Source: an uncultured virus (IMG/VR IMGVR_UViG_3300022907_001216)
Lineage: Duplodnaviria > Heunggongvirae > Uroviricota > Caudoviricetes
Direction: 5' to 3' (one strand)
DNA: 57,270 nucleotides
IMG/VR virus record: IMGVR_UViG_3300022907_001216
Part shown: positions 1 to 11,300 of the stretch, one piece after another
Numbering within the stretch: the first letter of the stretch is position 1
Layout of the letters: every line of letters starts with the position of its first letter
Position numbers and translations under genes: made by a program
The notes under the pieces: generated by a model
Database searches by the model: none
Seen by the model: only the letters and a program-made list of their open reading frames with translations
What the model was told of the DNA's origin: nothing

Positions 1-3000
1 CCATAAACACTTTCCCACCATGTTGGTTTTATTGAAATTCCTAACATTTCCCAAGGTGTAATATGCGGCCTGTCTGTGTCATAATAATATCTATAGATAT
101 TTCTCCAAAAACCAACTAATGTTTCGCCGTCAAAGTCAGTCATGTTACGATAATTATAAGTTAATGGATTAGAGCCATCATAAAAATCCTGCGAAGTATA
201 ATCAGGATTATTTGCGCCGTCTAACCATTTGCTAAAATCTTCTAGCAGTATATTATTAAAATCTTGTGTTTTGTAATTAGTTTTTCTAAATTTACCAGGA
301 AGAACGTTATGTATATCTAAAAAATTAGTATCATAATTAATCTTAATATTGTTGTAAATTCTTTTTTCTAATTCTAATAATAGGTCATCTCTATAATCAC
401 CAAATGCCTTTGTACGACTACCATCATGTCCTAGTATAACAGATACGTTTCCAGTTACAGATGTATCATTTATAATTTGTGGTTCATACTTTGGTAAAAA
501 TCCTAGTTTTGTTGGTGTTGGTGGCACAAAACATCCTGCTGTGTTATCAAATTCAACTACAGTGATTTGGTCATTTTCAACAGCATTTGTATACTTTACA
601 AAACCATCTTCGATTGTATAATCTTTGTTTATTGTTTTGATTTCGTCATTTACATATACTAAAATTGATTTTGAACTTAATGTAGTCATATCAAAACCAT
701 CATAACTAGTAGGAATATATTCAATTCCAGTATAATCTACACTAGTAGTATTTGCTCTAGATTTGTTAAAAGGAACCATATCACTAGCAAAAAAGGCAAA
801 CGAACTAGTTTTGTCTTTAGTAATTTTTTTCATTATCAAATCAACATGATCTGCAGTAGATCCATGAAAACCAGTTTTTGTTGATTCAGTTAAAAACGCT
901 CTTTTAAATCTGCTGTATTCAGATTGAGCAAAATTTAATGACTTAATAACATTTGCGTTTTTATCAACAATGTGATAAGATGCTAAATTAAACGGACTAC
1001 TATGCTTCATAAATTGTGAACCATATTCTGTAGCGTTTCCAATGTCTCTTAAATTTGTTACTCCTGGAGCAATTCCTGTAGTGTCAGGATGATCAAACAA
1101 TATAGTGTTTACATGTTTATTAACTTCACCAATTGTAAAGGTTGTAACATCATTGTTGGTAGGATTACTTTCTAAATTCCTAGGTATTTCATAATAGCCA
1201 TTATTATTTTTATCTGCGGCACTATAGCATTTTAAAACTACAATATCTGTGCTAGATAAATTTTTAATAAAACTTACACGCTTATTAGGAACAGCATTGG
1301 TTAAATTATAATCAATACCTTCAATTTTTTTCTCACCATTAACAAAAACTTTGATTTGTAAATCATCTAACAAGTAACTATTTTCAAACACATCAACGTC
1401 AAAGTCATTTACTTTAGCATTGTATTGTCTAATCACTGCTTGTCTAGATTTAAAATAAGTTTTTTTCCAAACATTTTCATAGGCAAAATTATCACCAGTG
1501 AAATCATAAATTTTAAAAAATCCTGTTTTTATTGAGTTTGTAACTGTATTAGAATTGTCGTCTTGATAATTAAATGTGTCTAAATTATAATCAAAACTAA
1601 AAACAATATCACCAAAATTATTAATACTTTCGTATGTTAACGGAAATCCCAATTCAACATCATTACTGCCTGAGCCTTTTTTGTAACTAAAAAGTTTTGT
1701 ACCTTGGAAGGTACTACCTTTATAATAAGTTTCGTTTGTAAAGGCATTTCCAGAGGAATCAAACAAATCAAAATGCGGTGCTTCGTTAACTGCTGTTTTT
1801 TCTTGGCTCATTTTCCATGAAGTATTTTCATAATGGAACATTTTGCCGCTGTTTACATCTCCAAGTAACACTAAAACACTATCGCCTTCATTTGGTATAG
1901 TATCTGTAGTTTCAACTAAACTAATTTGTCTCTTTTTTGTTTCAGTAGTTCCAAAGTTAATAAAGTTTACAGTATAAATTTTTCCATTAACTAATATATC
2001 AGGATCAGCAGTAAATAATATTCTCATATCTTGTGTTATCTCTACACCGTCAATGATGTAACCGCCAGAACCTTCTATAGTACTAAAAACATCAGTAGTA
2101 AATGTATCAACAAGATCTACATTTTGTTTACTTTTTACACCATGATTAAAAAGTTTTATTCCTGCTTCAAATTCAATAATAGGTCGTTTAGCTCTTGCGT
2201 TTTGATCTAACGCTACTGGCTGATTATTAGCAGCAAAACTAGCTTCAATTACGTCTTTATGAAACCATCTATTATACCTACTCCAAGGATTTCTATCCTT
2301 GCTTGAACGATTTACACAAATATAATCTTTGTTTGCTGGAAAACTTCTAGCATCTTCAAAAGGAAATTTATCAAACGCATAGTCTTCGCCGTCAAATGGT
2401 ATGGCTACTTCGGTTGTAAAAATTACAGGCACCTCTAAATCTTGTTCTTTTATCAGAACAATTTTACTTCCAACACCTTCTACAAAGTAATAACCATCGC
2501 TGTAACTAGCAGGTGTAACTTCGCCTTGAAAATTTAATTTCATTCCGTTGCTTAATTTTAAACCATTTTCTGTAGTATATGTCTTTTTACCAAGGATTTC
2601 TTGTTCAACATCAATTTTACTACTTTCTTCGATATTATAGAATGTAGCAACGCCAGATACATTTATTTCATTCTGACTTACATAATTCAAAGTAGGAGGT
2701 ACATCTGTATCAACAACAAAAACTATTCTACCATTTTCTATGTACTCGTCGGTAGTTTCAACTAATGTACCATCTTCCAATCTTTTGAACTTTGTAATAC
2801 CTGTATTGTAAAGTGTGCTATTATTTTCAGCGTCAATAGAAAGAAGAGGATCGTTGTCATTAAAATTGATATCACTTACAAATGATATAGGATGCCCAGG
2901 TGTGTTAATATCAAAAGTATATGTTTGTCCTTTGAATAATTTTAAAGTGGGATTTTTTGTTAAACCGTCTGGTGAAAACACATATGTTGGATATTGATCT

Positions 3001-3518
3001 CCTGCAGCTAATTCAACACTGTATGTGCTTTGAACAGCAATACTTTGTCCTGTAACATTAATAGGATCTGGGCCAAGAGGCAACCAGTAATATTCTCTAA
3101 AATTTGTAAACTTATCCCAATCAATATGTGGATTCCAACTATAACTTATTTGAGTGTTAAGTAAACTGTGATTACTTACAGAACCTTTAAAGTTTTTTAT
3201 GCTACCAAGAAAATCTGTGTATCCAGCAAAAAAATCAACATTATTTAATTCGTCTTTGTAAACAGTGCTTGATTCAAATTGATAATTTTCTCTATCAATT
3301 GACACATCAGGCAAATACGAATCTGTAACTTGCGCCGTAGCAGCATTTCTACGTCCTACAAACGCATCAATTTTTTCTACTACACCCTCTGATGTCATTA
3401 CATCTGTGGTTGATTGTAAAAACTTTTTGTTTGTATCTGTTCTAAAATACCTAGGTAAAAAATTTTCAGTTTTTTTATCTGAATTGCCTGTTGGCAATGG
3501 AAGATCGTTTTTCGCCAT
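1..3518 (-). CDS. Giant baseplate wedge / virion structural protein (gp7-like position), truncated at window start
   Basis: Not in the ORF track. ATG at 3518 overlaps the gp6 stop (TAATG). It reads MAKNDLPLPTGNSDKKTENFLPRYFRTDTNKKFL...WNPHIDWDKFTNFREYYWLPLGP and appears open to the window edge (>1170 codons). The product is inferred from its position after gp6. Confidence 0.7.
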   Translation of the reverse strand, partial: MAKNDLPLPTGNSDKKTENFLPRYFRTDTNKKFLQSTTDVMTSEGVVEKIDAFVGRRNAATAQVTDSYLPDVSIDRENYQFESSTVYKDELNNVDFFAGYTDFLGSIKNFKGSVSNHSLLNTQISYSWNPHIDWDKFTNFREYYWLPLGPDPINVTGQSIAVQSTYSVELAAGDQYPTYVFSPDGLTKNPTLKLFKGQTYTFDINTPGHPISFVSDINFNDNDPLLSIDAENNSTLYNTGITKFKRLEDGTLVETTDEYIENGRIVFVVDTDVPPTLNYVSQNEINVSGVATFYNIEESSKIDVEQEILGKKTYTTENGLKLSNGMKLNFQGEVTPASYSDGYYFVEGVGSKIVLIKEQDLEVPVIFTTEVAIPFDGEDYAFDKFPFEDARSFPANKDYICVNRSSKDRNPWSRYNRWFHKDVIEASFAANNQPVALDQNARAKRPIIEFEAGIKLFNHGVKSKQNVDLVDTFTTDVFSTIEGSGGYIIDGVEITQDMRILFTADPDILVNGKIYTVNFINFGTTETKKRQISLVETTDTIPNEGDSVLVLLGDVNSGKMFHYENTSWKMSQEKTAVNEAPHFDLFDSSGNAFTNETYYKGSTFQGTKLFSYKKGSGSNDVELGFPLTYESINNFGDIVFSFDYNLDTFNYQDDNSNTVTNSIKTGFFKIYDFTGDNFAYENVWKKTYFKSRQAVIRQYNAKVNDFDVDVFENSYLLDDLQIKVFVNGEKKIEGIDYNLTNAVPNKRVSFIKNLSSTDIVVLKCYSAADKNNNGYYEIPRNLESNPTNNDVTTFTIGEVNKHVNTILFDHPDTTGIAPGVTNLRDIGNATEYGSQFMKHSSPFNLASYHIVDKNANVIKSLNFAQSEYSRFKRAFLTESTKTGFHGSTADHVDLIMKKITKDKTSSFAFFASDMVPFNKSRANTTSVDYTGIEYIPTSYDGFDMTTLSSKSILVYVNDEIKTINKDYTIEDGFVKYTNAVENDQITVVEFDNTAGCFVPPTPTKLGFLPKYEPQIINDTSVTGNVSVILGHDGSRTKAFGDYRDDLLLELEKRIYNNIKINYDTNFLDIHNVLPGKFRKTNYKTQDFNNILLEDFSKWLDGANNPDYTSQDFYDGSNPLTYNYRNMTDFDGETLVGFWRNIYRYYYDTDRPHITPWEMLGISIKPTWWESVY

Positions 3519-6500
3519 TAGTAGCTACTACCTCCGCTGCTAGTGCTAGTGCTAGTAGATATTATTGTATCAGTTGTGCTTGTTACACTTTGACTTGTTG
3601 TATCCACTGATGTTACAACATTGCCTGTTGCTTTTAATTTTTCTGCTGTAATAGCAGTAATTATTTCAACATCGTTTACTGTTGCTCCACTTATAAAAAT
3701 TTCATCGTTTTCTGCTCTTAATTCGAACATGCTGCCAAAACTATCAGCAACAGAATTAGGAACTATTACAACACTTGCTAAATCAGGAGCAAGTTGTTTC
3801 ATAATATAAGCACTTAGTTCGCTCCAATAAAATGTTTCTCCAAAATCCCAATTTTCTAAACTAAAAAATTGATTAACACTATCAATTACTCTAGCTTTTA
3901 AATCTTGATCGTTTACAACAGCACTTTGAGTTTTAACTAATTTAAATGTAGCTTGTAACATTGAATCTGCTTTATCTCCAAATAAAATCTTGTATTTTAC
4001 AGGATGGAAAATAATTTCGTCGCTTATGCTTTTTATTTTGTTTATTTCTTTACCGTAGTTGCGAGACATTTGATCACTACTCATTGGCAAAGGTAAAGCA
4101 TTAATTGCTCCTGTTAAATATTGTCTAAAATTTGTATCATATTGTTTTGTCAACAAATATGTGTCAATAATATTACTACTACTAGGATCAATTCTAGAAT
4201 GCTCATCACTAGCATGAATATATTGGAATTTTAATCCACTGCGTCCAATGTATGCTTTATAATTAAATATTAAAGTTCTTGTTCTAGCAACACTATCAAT
4301 TTGATAGAATATGTTTTTGTCTATAACATAGTAGATAGGATTATTAGGAGTTGTTACTACTGCTTGAGAATCATCGTTTACTACTAAAATATTTTCAGCT
4401 GCTTGATCGACGTAAACATAAAATTCATTATCATTTGTTTCTTTTTTGACAAATACATATTTTGAACTCACATTTGTATCAGGAACTACAATATCTTCAA
4501 ATATTTGAGGATTATCAACAACTCCGTCATCGTCAGAATCAAAAAATACAACTTCAACTTTTTTACTGTTTACATAACCTATTCCGTCTCTATATTCATT
4601 GCTTACTTCCCAATCGTAATCAACTGTAAATGGGCTTAACCCTCCAGAAGACGCTAAGTCTTTATTAACACTTAAAATGCTTATTTTATCTCTGATAATT
4701 TCACCTGTTTTACTATCATAGATTTTTTTGTTTCCATCAAAAAAGAATCTTACTTCTTTATCGCTTTCAAATACGTATCTTAGTGTTCTTGATGTTACTT
4801 TATAGTCAACGCCGTTAGTTTCAAATAATAATAACCAACTACTGTCTAAATTATTACCAGATACATCACCTGTCAAACTTAAACTAAAATTACTAGATGT
4901 GTTTAAATTTTCTGAGGAAATAACATTCCATTTTCTTCCTTCTACATCATAACGTAGACCAAATGTATTAAAAGCAAATATTTCATCAACCATAATTGTT
5001 TTAACACTATCTATTATGTCTCTAACAAACTTTGGTTTTACAAGTTTTAATATTGCGCTAGATGGAATAATATCATTAAACACTATACCGCCAAGTCCAG
5101 TTGTAGTTTCTTCAGCACCTGTGCCAGAAACAGAAATTACCTTTGTCCATTTATATGTTGAAGAACCAGTATGGTCAGCATCACCGGTCATTAATGTACC
5201 ATCTGGCATAAAATGATATCCATCTGGTGCTAAAAACTTAACCATAGCTCCTGGTTCAATATACCTTAATACACCTTCAGTTGAAGACGATACTGAATAT
5301 CTTGTGGCATTTGTATTTGTCACTTCGTCAGTATCAACAATAAACCCTGTACTTCTATTAGTATCTGATGTTTTTTGTTGAAAAGACAACTCTAAATCGG
5401 TATAATCTTGTTCTGTAAATTTATCATAATAATAATTTCTTATATTTTTATCATCAACTAAGCTGGTAATCAAATTATTAATTGTAGATTCAATATCTGA
5501 TTTTGTTACAAAATTAAATGTATTTTTTTCAGTTTCATAATCTTTATACAAGATTCCATCTACACCGAGTAGATTAGTTGTACTGTATTTTCCAGTAGCA
5601 TCTCTTAAATCGTAATATCTGTTTATTCCGCTACTTGTTCTGTTTACTGCTTTTGTTTTTATAATATCTTGACTTATACCCAAAGGTCCAATATTATAAT
5701 CTTCGCCTGTAATCAATCTATTTTGTGTATAATATGTACTAGGAGCATTGCTTTTAATACTTTCAGTGCTTTCTGTACTAGTTCCATTATCAATAGTTTG
5801 TTGCAAACTCAAAAACATTGTTAATGTTTCAGTTCTTCCAATAGAACTAACGTAAGGAATGTTTATTTTTACATCTCTAATATTATTTGGTAAAATTGTA
5901 TAATCTAAATTTATACTTTGTCTATAATATGCTCTAAAATTACCTTTTGGTAATGTACCAAAAACACCGTCGCTAAAAATTAAACTAATACGATCATTTA
6001 CTCGTGTAAGAACACCAAAAATATCTTTTATATTTTTACTAAGACTATTATATATAATATTATTGCCTTCTACAGCATCTACTTTAGTCCATTGTTTATT
6101 TTCAATTCCATCTGAATCTATTTCATATAACCAAACATCAGTGTTGTTTACGTTTGTAGTATCAATATCAATTGTTTGATTAGGCGTAGGTAAATCTATA
6201 GAAAAGTCGCCTCTTTGTAAACTTCCTTGTCTAAAGTGAAAAAAGAATCCTACATTACTAGATCCTGCGCCTTGTCCGTTATCTCTATATAAAAAGTTAA
6301 CTGGTTTTTGAACACCAGGAGCATCTTCTACAATAGCACCGTCTGTTATGTCAGTTGAAACTACTTCAAACTCTAAATTAGTACCGTTAACTTGTTTTTG
6401 AAACGAAAATACAGGAAAAACCGTTGTAGTATTGTTTAATGAATATTTTTCGGTTGGTATGCCATCAACTATGTCACGTTTTTTTGGTGTTCCAAAATTA

Positions 6501-7009
6501 TTAGTAGTAACCAAAGCACTATTCATTATTTTAATAAATTGCTCATACCAATTATCATTTAATGTATCGTTCCATTTAACTGTACGTCCACTTAAATTTG
6601 TTCCATTTGTATCTGTTACTGATTCTGTAGTTGATACACTTGTAACTTTTAATAAGCCGTTGCCTGATTGGTTTCTTGTAACATTGTAACTGATAAGTCT
6701 AGCCAGTCTCAACACACTTTCTCTACGCTCTGCTAGTTCAATATAATTTTCTCTAGCGTTTAAGTCTGTGCGAAAACTTATGTTTTGTCCTAGAAAAGCA
6801 ACTAAGTCAATCAAAGACAGATATTCAGAACTTTCAATATAATCATTAAAATCTTCTGGATAATTTTGTCTAATGTAGTTAATCATTGTTCTACGTAGAT
6901 TGTCAAAATCATAGCTTTTGAAATCAGCGTATTTAAAACTACGATAAATTGTTTGCCAATCTTCGGCTAACAATAATCTGTTTTGTCTGTCAGTAGAAGA
7001 CATATTCAC
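3518..7009 (-). CDS. Baseplate wedge subunit, T4 gp6-like
   Basis: 1163 aa. N-terminal DFDNLRRTMINYIRQNYPEDFNDY...ARENYIELAERRESVLRLARLISY, plus FSDGVFG and QNRLITGEDY motifs typical of gp6/baseplate-J proteins; adjacent to gp25. Confidence 0.85.
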   Translation of the reverse strand: MNMSSTDRQNRLLLAEDWQTIYRSFKYADFKSYDFDNLRRTMINYIRQNYPEDFNDYIESSEYLSLIDLVAFLGQNISFRTDLNARENYIELAERRESVLRLARLISYNVTRNQSGNGLLKVTSVSTTESVTDTNGTNLSGRTVKWNDTLNDNWYEQFIKIMNSALVTTNNFGTPKKRDIVDGIPTEKYSLNNTTTVFPVFSFQKQVNGTNLEFEVVSTDITDGAIVEDAPGVQKPVNFLYRDNGQGAGSSNVGFFFHFRQGSLQRGDFSIDLPTPNQTIDIDTTNVNNTDVWLYEIDSDGIENKQWTKVDAVEGNNIIYNSLSKNIKDIFGVLTRVNDRISLIFSDGVFGTLPKGNFRAYYRQSINLDYTILPNNIRDVKINIPYVSSIGRTETLTMFLSLQQTIDNGTSTESTESIKSNAPSTYYTQNRLITGEDYNIGPLGISQDIIKTKAVNRTSSGINRYYDLRDATGKYSTTNLLGVDGILYKDYETEKNTFNFVTKSDIESTINNLITSLVDDKNIRNYYYDKFTEQDYTDLELSFQQKTSDTNRSTGFIVDTDEVTNTNATRYSVSSSTEGVLRYIEPGAMVKFLAPDGYHFMPDGTLMTGDADHTGSSTYKWTKVISVSGTGAEETTTGLGGIVFNDIIPSSAILKLVKPKFVRDIIDSVKTIMVDEIFAFNTFGLRYDVEGRKWNVISSENLNTSSNFSLSLTGDVSGNNLDSSWLLLFETNGVDYKVTSRTLRYVFESDKEVRFFFDGNKKIYDSKTGEIIRDKISILSVNKDLASSGGLSPFTVDYDWEVSNEYRDGIGYVNSKKVEVVFFDSDDDGVVDNPQIFEDIVVPDTNVSSKYVFVKKETNDNEFYVYVDQAAENILVVNDDSQAVVTTPNNPIYYVIDKNIFYQIDSVARTRTLIFNYKAYIGRSGLKFQYIHASDEHSRIDPSSSNIIDTYLLTKQYDTNFRQYLTGAINALPLPMSSDQMSRNYGKEINKIKSISDEIIFHPVKYKILFGDKADSMLQATFKLVKTQSAVVNDQDLKARVIDSVNQFFSLENWDFGETFYWSELSAYIMKQLAPDLASVVIVPNSVADSFGSMFELRAENDEIFISGATVNDVEIITAITAEKLKATGNVVTSVDTTSQSVTSTTDTIISTSTSTSSGGSSY

Positions 7010-7027
7010 TTTCCTTCATTAATATAA

Positions 7028-7034
7028 TATTTAT
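7028..7034 (-). promoter_or_regulatory. Putative late promoter (ATAAATA)
   Basis: T4 late-promoter-like motif in the gap just upstream of the gp6-like gene. Confidence 0.5.
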
Positions 7035-7055
7035 GAAATTCTAAATATGCGTATA

Positions 7056-7502
7056 TTAATTTAACAATCCATTGTTTTGATCAAATCGCAAAGTTAGTTG
7101 CTCACTAATATTGTAATCAATGTAAGTTAATTCAGCATAAATTTGTATTCCTGATTCGTAAGTGTCAACAACTACATCGTTTGCTTGTACTCGTGGATCA
7201 TAGTTTATAATTTCAGTAACATTCTCTAAAATAGCATTTTGTAATCCAGATGTCATTGGTTCAAATAAAACATCCCATATAATTGTTCCAAATTCTGGAT
7301 TTTCTATTTTTTCTCCAAGTCGTATATGGAAATGATTAATAATATCTTGTTTTATTAATTCTAAGTTTTTTAATCTAAAATCTTTTGACACTCTTGAAAC
7401 TGTGCTTAATCCTTTGTAGCTTTTATCTACTAAAGGCGCATCTGAAGTTTTTGCTGTTTTTAATTTTAAATTCTTATACAGATTTTTTTCTAATGTGCTC
7501 AT
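7056..7502 (-). CDS. Baseplate wedge subunit gp25-like (GPW/gp25 family)
   Basis: IKQDIINHFHIRLGEKIENPEFGTIIWDVLFEP...INYDPRV matches the gp25 pattern; 148 aa. Confidence 0.88.
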   Translation of the reverse strand: MSTLEKNLYKNLKLKTAKTSDAPLVDKSYKGLSTVSRVSKDFRLKNLELIKQDIINHFHIRLGEKIENPEFGTIIWDVLFEPMTSGLQNAILENVTEIINYDPRVQANDVVVDTYESGIQIYAELTYIDYNISEQLTLRFDQNNGLLN

Positions 7503-7513
7503 GCCCTACACTC

Positions 7514-8332
7514 CTATCCTACTTTTGTAACAGCGTTACCACTTGATGCCGCTGGATTTGATCTTTGATTATTTGGTACTTCTACTAATGGTTGATCAAA
7601 TTCAGCTGGAATATCCCAGTTACGCCTAATTTGATTTACATACAATCCACTATTACTATTATTATAGATATTAAATCTACTAATTTTAACATTGTTAGAT
7701 TGATTGCCGCCATATACGTAAATATGGTTCTTTGATGGATCTATTCTTTGAACATAAGCAGCATGTCCTCTGTTTGAATTTTCTTTTCTTGTAAATATTA
7801 CTAAATCATACTTCCGAATATCTACATAATTTCTCCAATTTACAGTTCTTCCATATCGTAAATAACTTTGACTACCTATACCAGGATTGTTAAATTCTAA
7901 ACCTGCTTTCCATAATACCCATGTAGCATAAGCAGCACACCACGGATTTGTTCTAGGACCGTCTACAGAAATATTACCACCGCCGGCTATAGCAAATGCT
8001 TCTGCTATCAAAGGATTTGGTGGTCTTCCTCTTTCTGCCCAATTTTGTCTTAAAGAACCTTCTATAACACTTGCTATACTTCCGTATTGTGTGTCAGCAG
8101 GTGGAGGATTTTGCGGTTGTTGTACTGGATTGACATTGCCGCTAATTCTTGGATCGTAATCTCCAACGCCATTTAGATCGTCAATTGGTGGTCCACCTGC
8201 TGCTCCTGAGCCTGTCACTGGATTTGAAGCATAACTAGGTGTTGGTAACAAATATCTAGATAATTCTGTAGGATTAGTTGCCCTACTAGGACTTGGAACT
8301 GGATTTGCTGGAATATTTACATTACAACTCAT
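7514..8332 (-). CDS. TIGR02594-family / NlpC-P60-like cysteine peptidoglycan hydrolase with Pro-rich N-terminus
   Basis: PWCAAYATWVL (Cys), RGHAAYV (His) and GGNQSNNV motifs. The start is placed at the ATG at 8332, which overlaps the upstream TGA (ATGA); the track starts at 8341. Confidence 0.75.
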   Translation of the reverse strand: MSCNVNIPANPVPSPSRATNPTELSRYLLPTPSYASNPVTGSGAAGGPPIDDLNGVGDYDPRISGNVNPVQQPQNPPPADTQYGSIASVIEGSLRQNWAERGRPPNPLIAEAFAIAGGGNISVDGPRTNPWCAAYATWVLWKAGLEFNNPGIGSQSYLRYGRTVNWRNYVDIRKYDLVIFTRKENSNRGHAAYVQRIDPSKNHIYVYGGNQSNNVKISRFNIYNNSNSGLYVNQIRRNWDIPAEFDQPLVEVPNNQRSNPAASSGNAVTKVG

Positions 8333-11300
8333 GCTAACCACCTTCCTGAATTTGTTATTGTATTAGATCCTAACGTGATGTATTCATCTATTTTAGTACC
8401 GTTGCCATCTGGTTTAACACCTTTGCCGTTACGCCAAACAGCAACATCATATGCGCCTTTTAAATGAGCGCCCATTAGTAACCCAGCTATTTTTGATACA
8501 CTGTCTCCATCTTTAATAGCACCGTTATTTTTAAGATATCTAACATTAGCATTTGTGTATAAAATAATTGCGTCTTCTTGGCAATCATTTTTGTTGTCTA
8601 ACCAGTCGTCTATGTTGTTAACACCTCTTTTGCCAGTCCAATTAGATGGATTTAATCTTAATCGTGTGCTTCCGCCTGTGACTGTCTTTTTAATATATCC
8701 ACCTTCTTTGAGAGCATATCCACCAAATTGATATTTTCCAGCAAAGCCAAATTGATTAGTACATTTGTAACGCAAGCCGCTTTCTCTCATTCCAAGAGCA
8801 TTTAAATACGCTACTGTTTCACTTGAGCTAAATCCAGTTATATTTCCATAAGGTGCCGAATTTATTGGACCGTCTGTTGGACCGTCACAGTATTGTATTC
8901 CGCCTATTTCTGATCCTGCTGCTGGATAGCTTGTGCTAAGAGTTGCCGGAGCAACATTTTCTGTAGCACTAATAATAGTAGAAGTAGATCCACTAGCTTC
9001 AATACTACTTTTGCCTGTAGCACCAATAATTCTACTAGCATTAGTAAAACTACCAAAATATTTTGTAGCAGTTCCTACGTCATACTTTTCAGCAATTTGT
9101 TGAGCTGATGCTTCTGTTATAAGAGTTGGATCAATATCGTCATATTTAGGAAGCTCTATTTCTGCGCCTGATGCTAATGCTGCTGTTTCAACAGTGTTTG
9201 TTAATATACGTAATTCGTTTTCTATTGGAAATCCAAATGGCGGATTTTTGTTAGACAGTACAACAACGGGTTTATATCCCTGATTTTTAACATTTTCAAT
9301 TAATGTTCTTACGTTTCTTGCTGCTGCTTCAGGATCGCCTATATCTTCTGTACCAATTACAATAACACCATAAGGAACATTTCCAGCATCCGCAAATCCT
9401 TCACCATTATAATTGTTTGTGTTTTCTAAGTTGTCAACTTCTGGTCTTTCACTTTGTACTACAGGAGCCATACTTCCAATATTACTAAATGTATCAGGTA
9501 ACGGCGCACCAGGGAATGTGTTAACTTGTTGTTCTCCGGCTCTAGTTTTTTCTGGAGTATATTCCATTGGATTAAGGTGTTCATGTTGAGGCCATGGCTC
9601 ATGCTCTGGTACTCTAGCAGGTTGTAAAGCTCTTACTGGAGCGTCTGGTAAAGCTGGATTTGCTTCTTTTGGCATAGTTGGAGGACGAGCTTCAATAGCT
9701 TCGTCAGCATTTAATCCTGTTCCAGCAGGGTTTGATGTACTGTTTAGGTGAATGTTGTTGCCTGTTGCTTGAATGTTGGCTCCGTTTGCTCTCAAACTAA
9801 GCAATCCACTAGCGTCCGCAGTTAATGCTGCTCCACTTTTGATACTAGTTTCCGTAGCACTTTCTAACAACATTTGAGCTGTATTGCTCTTTAAACTCAT
9901 GTTAGCTTCAGATGTAATTTTTATAGCAGCGCCGCTCAACATTTCAAATGTATTTCCTGCTGTTAAATAAGTTTGTAATACGCTTGTTTGGTGTATTTGT
10001 CCTTCAGCTTCACTGTAAATATTACCTTGTACTTTCCAGTTAATATCTCCGTCAGTGCATCCTTTTATACCGCCTTGTCCTGTTAACCCAATTCCTTCGC
10101 CACTAGCAATAGTCATTTGTAATTTAGATTGAATATCAAGTGTACCGCCACTAATAATACTCACTTTTTCATTACCGTATACAGCGACACCAGTTTGCCC
10201 TATAAGACTTAATGTTTCTCCAGCATTTTCAGAAATATTTTCAATTGCGGACATTCCAATATTATTGCCAGCATCAATAGCAATGTTTTTGCCAGCAATC
10301 AAACTCATATTTTCATTTGCTGTAAAATTTATATCTCTATCTGCTGTTACATTTAAATCATTTTCAGTATGTACACTAACACTATCTTGGGCATATATGT
10401 CAATTTTGCCGTTAGCAGTCATCTCAATCCAAGTTGTGCCTTTAGCATTACCAATATAAATTAAATCTTCTGTGTTGTGCATCAACAATTGATGCCCTGT
10501 ACGTGTCCTTATTCTAAACAACTCATTTGCTGGCTTAGTAAGGTCAGCATCGTCATTAGAATTTTCAACATCTACGTATTCAAAAGGTGTAGTTGAAGCA
10601 GGACCTTTTCTAAGAAACTTGTCATCGCCATCATCCATAACAATACTAGTGCCACCTAGTCTACTTTTGTAATAGTCTATTTCTCCTTTACCGTGCGGAA
10701 ATGTTGGAGCGTTTTGTCTTTTATCTAACGGACCTGGAGTGTTGATTCCAAACACAGCACTAGGTAATTCTCTCCTAGCTGACGAACTTGTTAGTCCACG
10801 CACTTCATCTTCATTTAGACCTTGCTCAAATAATATATTTGTAAAATCTGTGTTTACTGGTTTAATATATTTTGTAGGTTGCGGTTGTCCTTCAGGTTCA
10901 ACTAAGGCAGCATTATATTCGCCTACTGGTAATTTAGCACCAGTACTATTAATAACTGTTGCTGTTCTGCCATCTGGTACTGTAAAATTTTGGAAAGGAT
11001 CTGGAATACATGCTATCCAAAAACCAAAATCTGTTCTACCTTCGACTAAAGTTATTAGCACCATTGTGCCTATATCTGGTGGTACCATCCACATACCATA
11101 ACTGTGCTGTGTATCTTGGTATGTGTCGTTAGCACCTACTTTAGTTCTTGGTGTTTGTCCAGCAAATGGACTAGCATATTGAACTTGTATAGATTGTCCT
11201 GTATCATCATAATCGTTGCCGTTTTCGTTTACTTTAAGAAGATTAACTTTTAATCCGCCCATAAACTTTTGATCTAAATGCCCAATTACTCTGCCTACAA

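Noticed and set aside
2815..6689. Short plus-strand ORFs over the baseplate genes, and similar short ORFs elsewhere in the track
   Set aside because: They are fully nested antisense or off-frame within well-supported long genes and have no SD or recognisable motifs.
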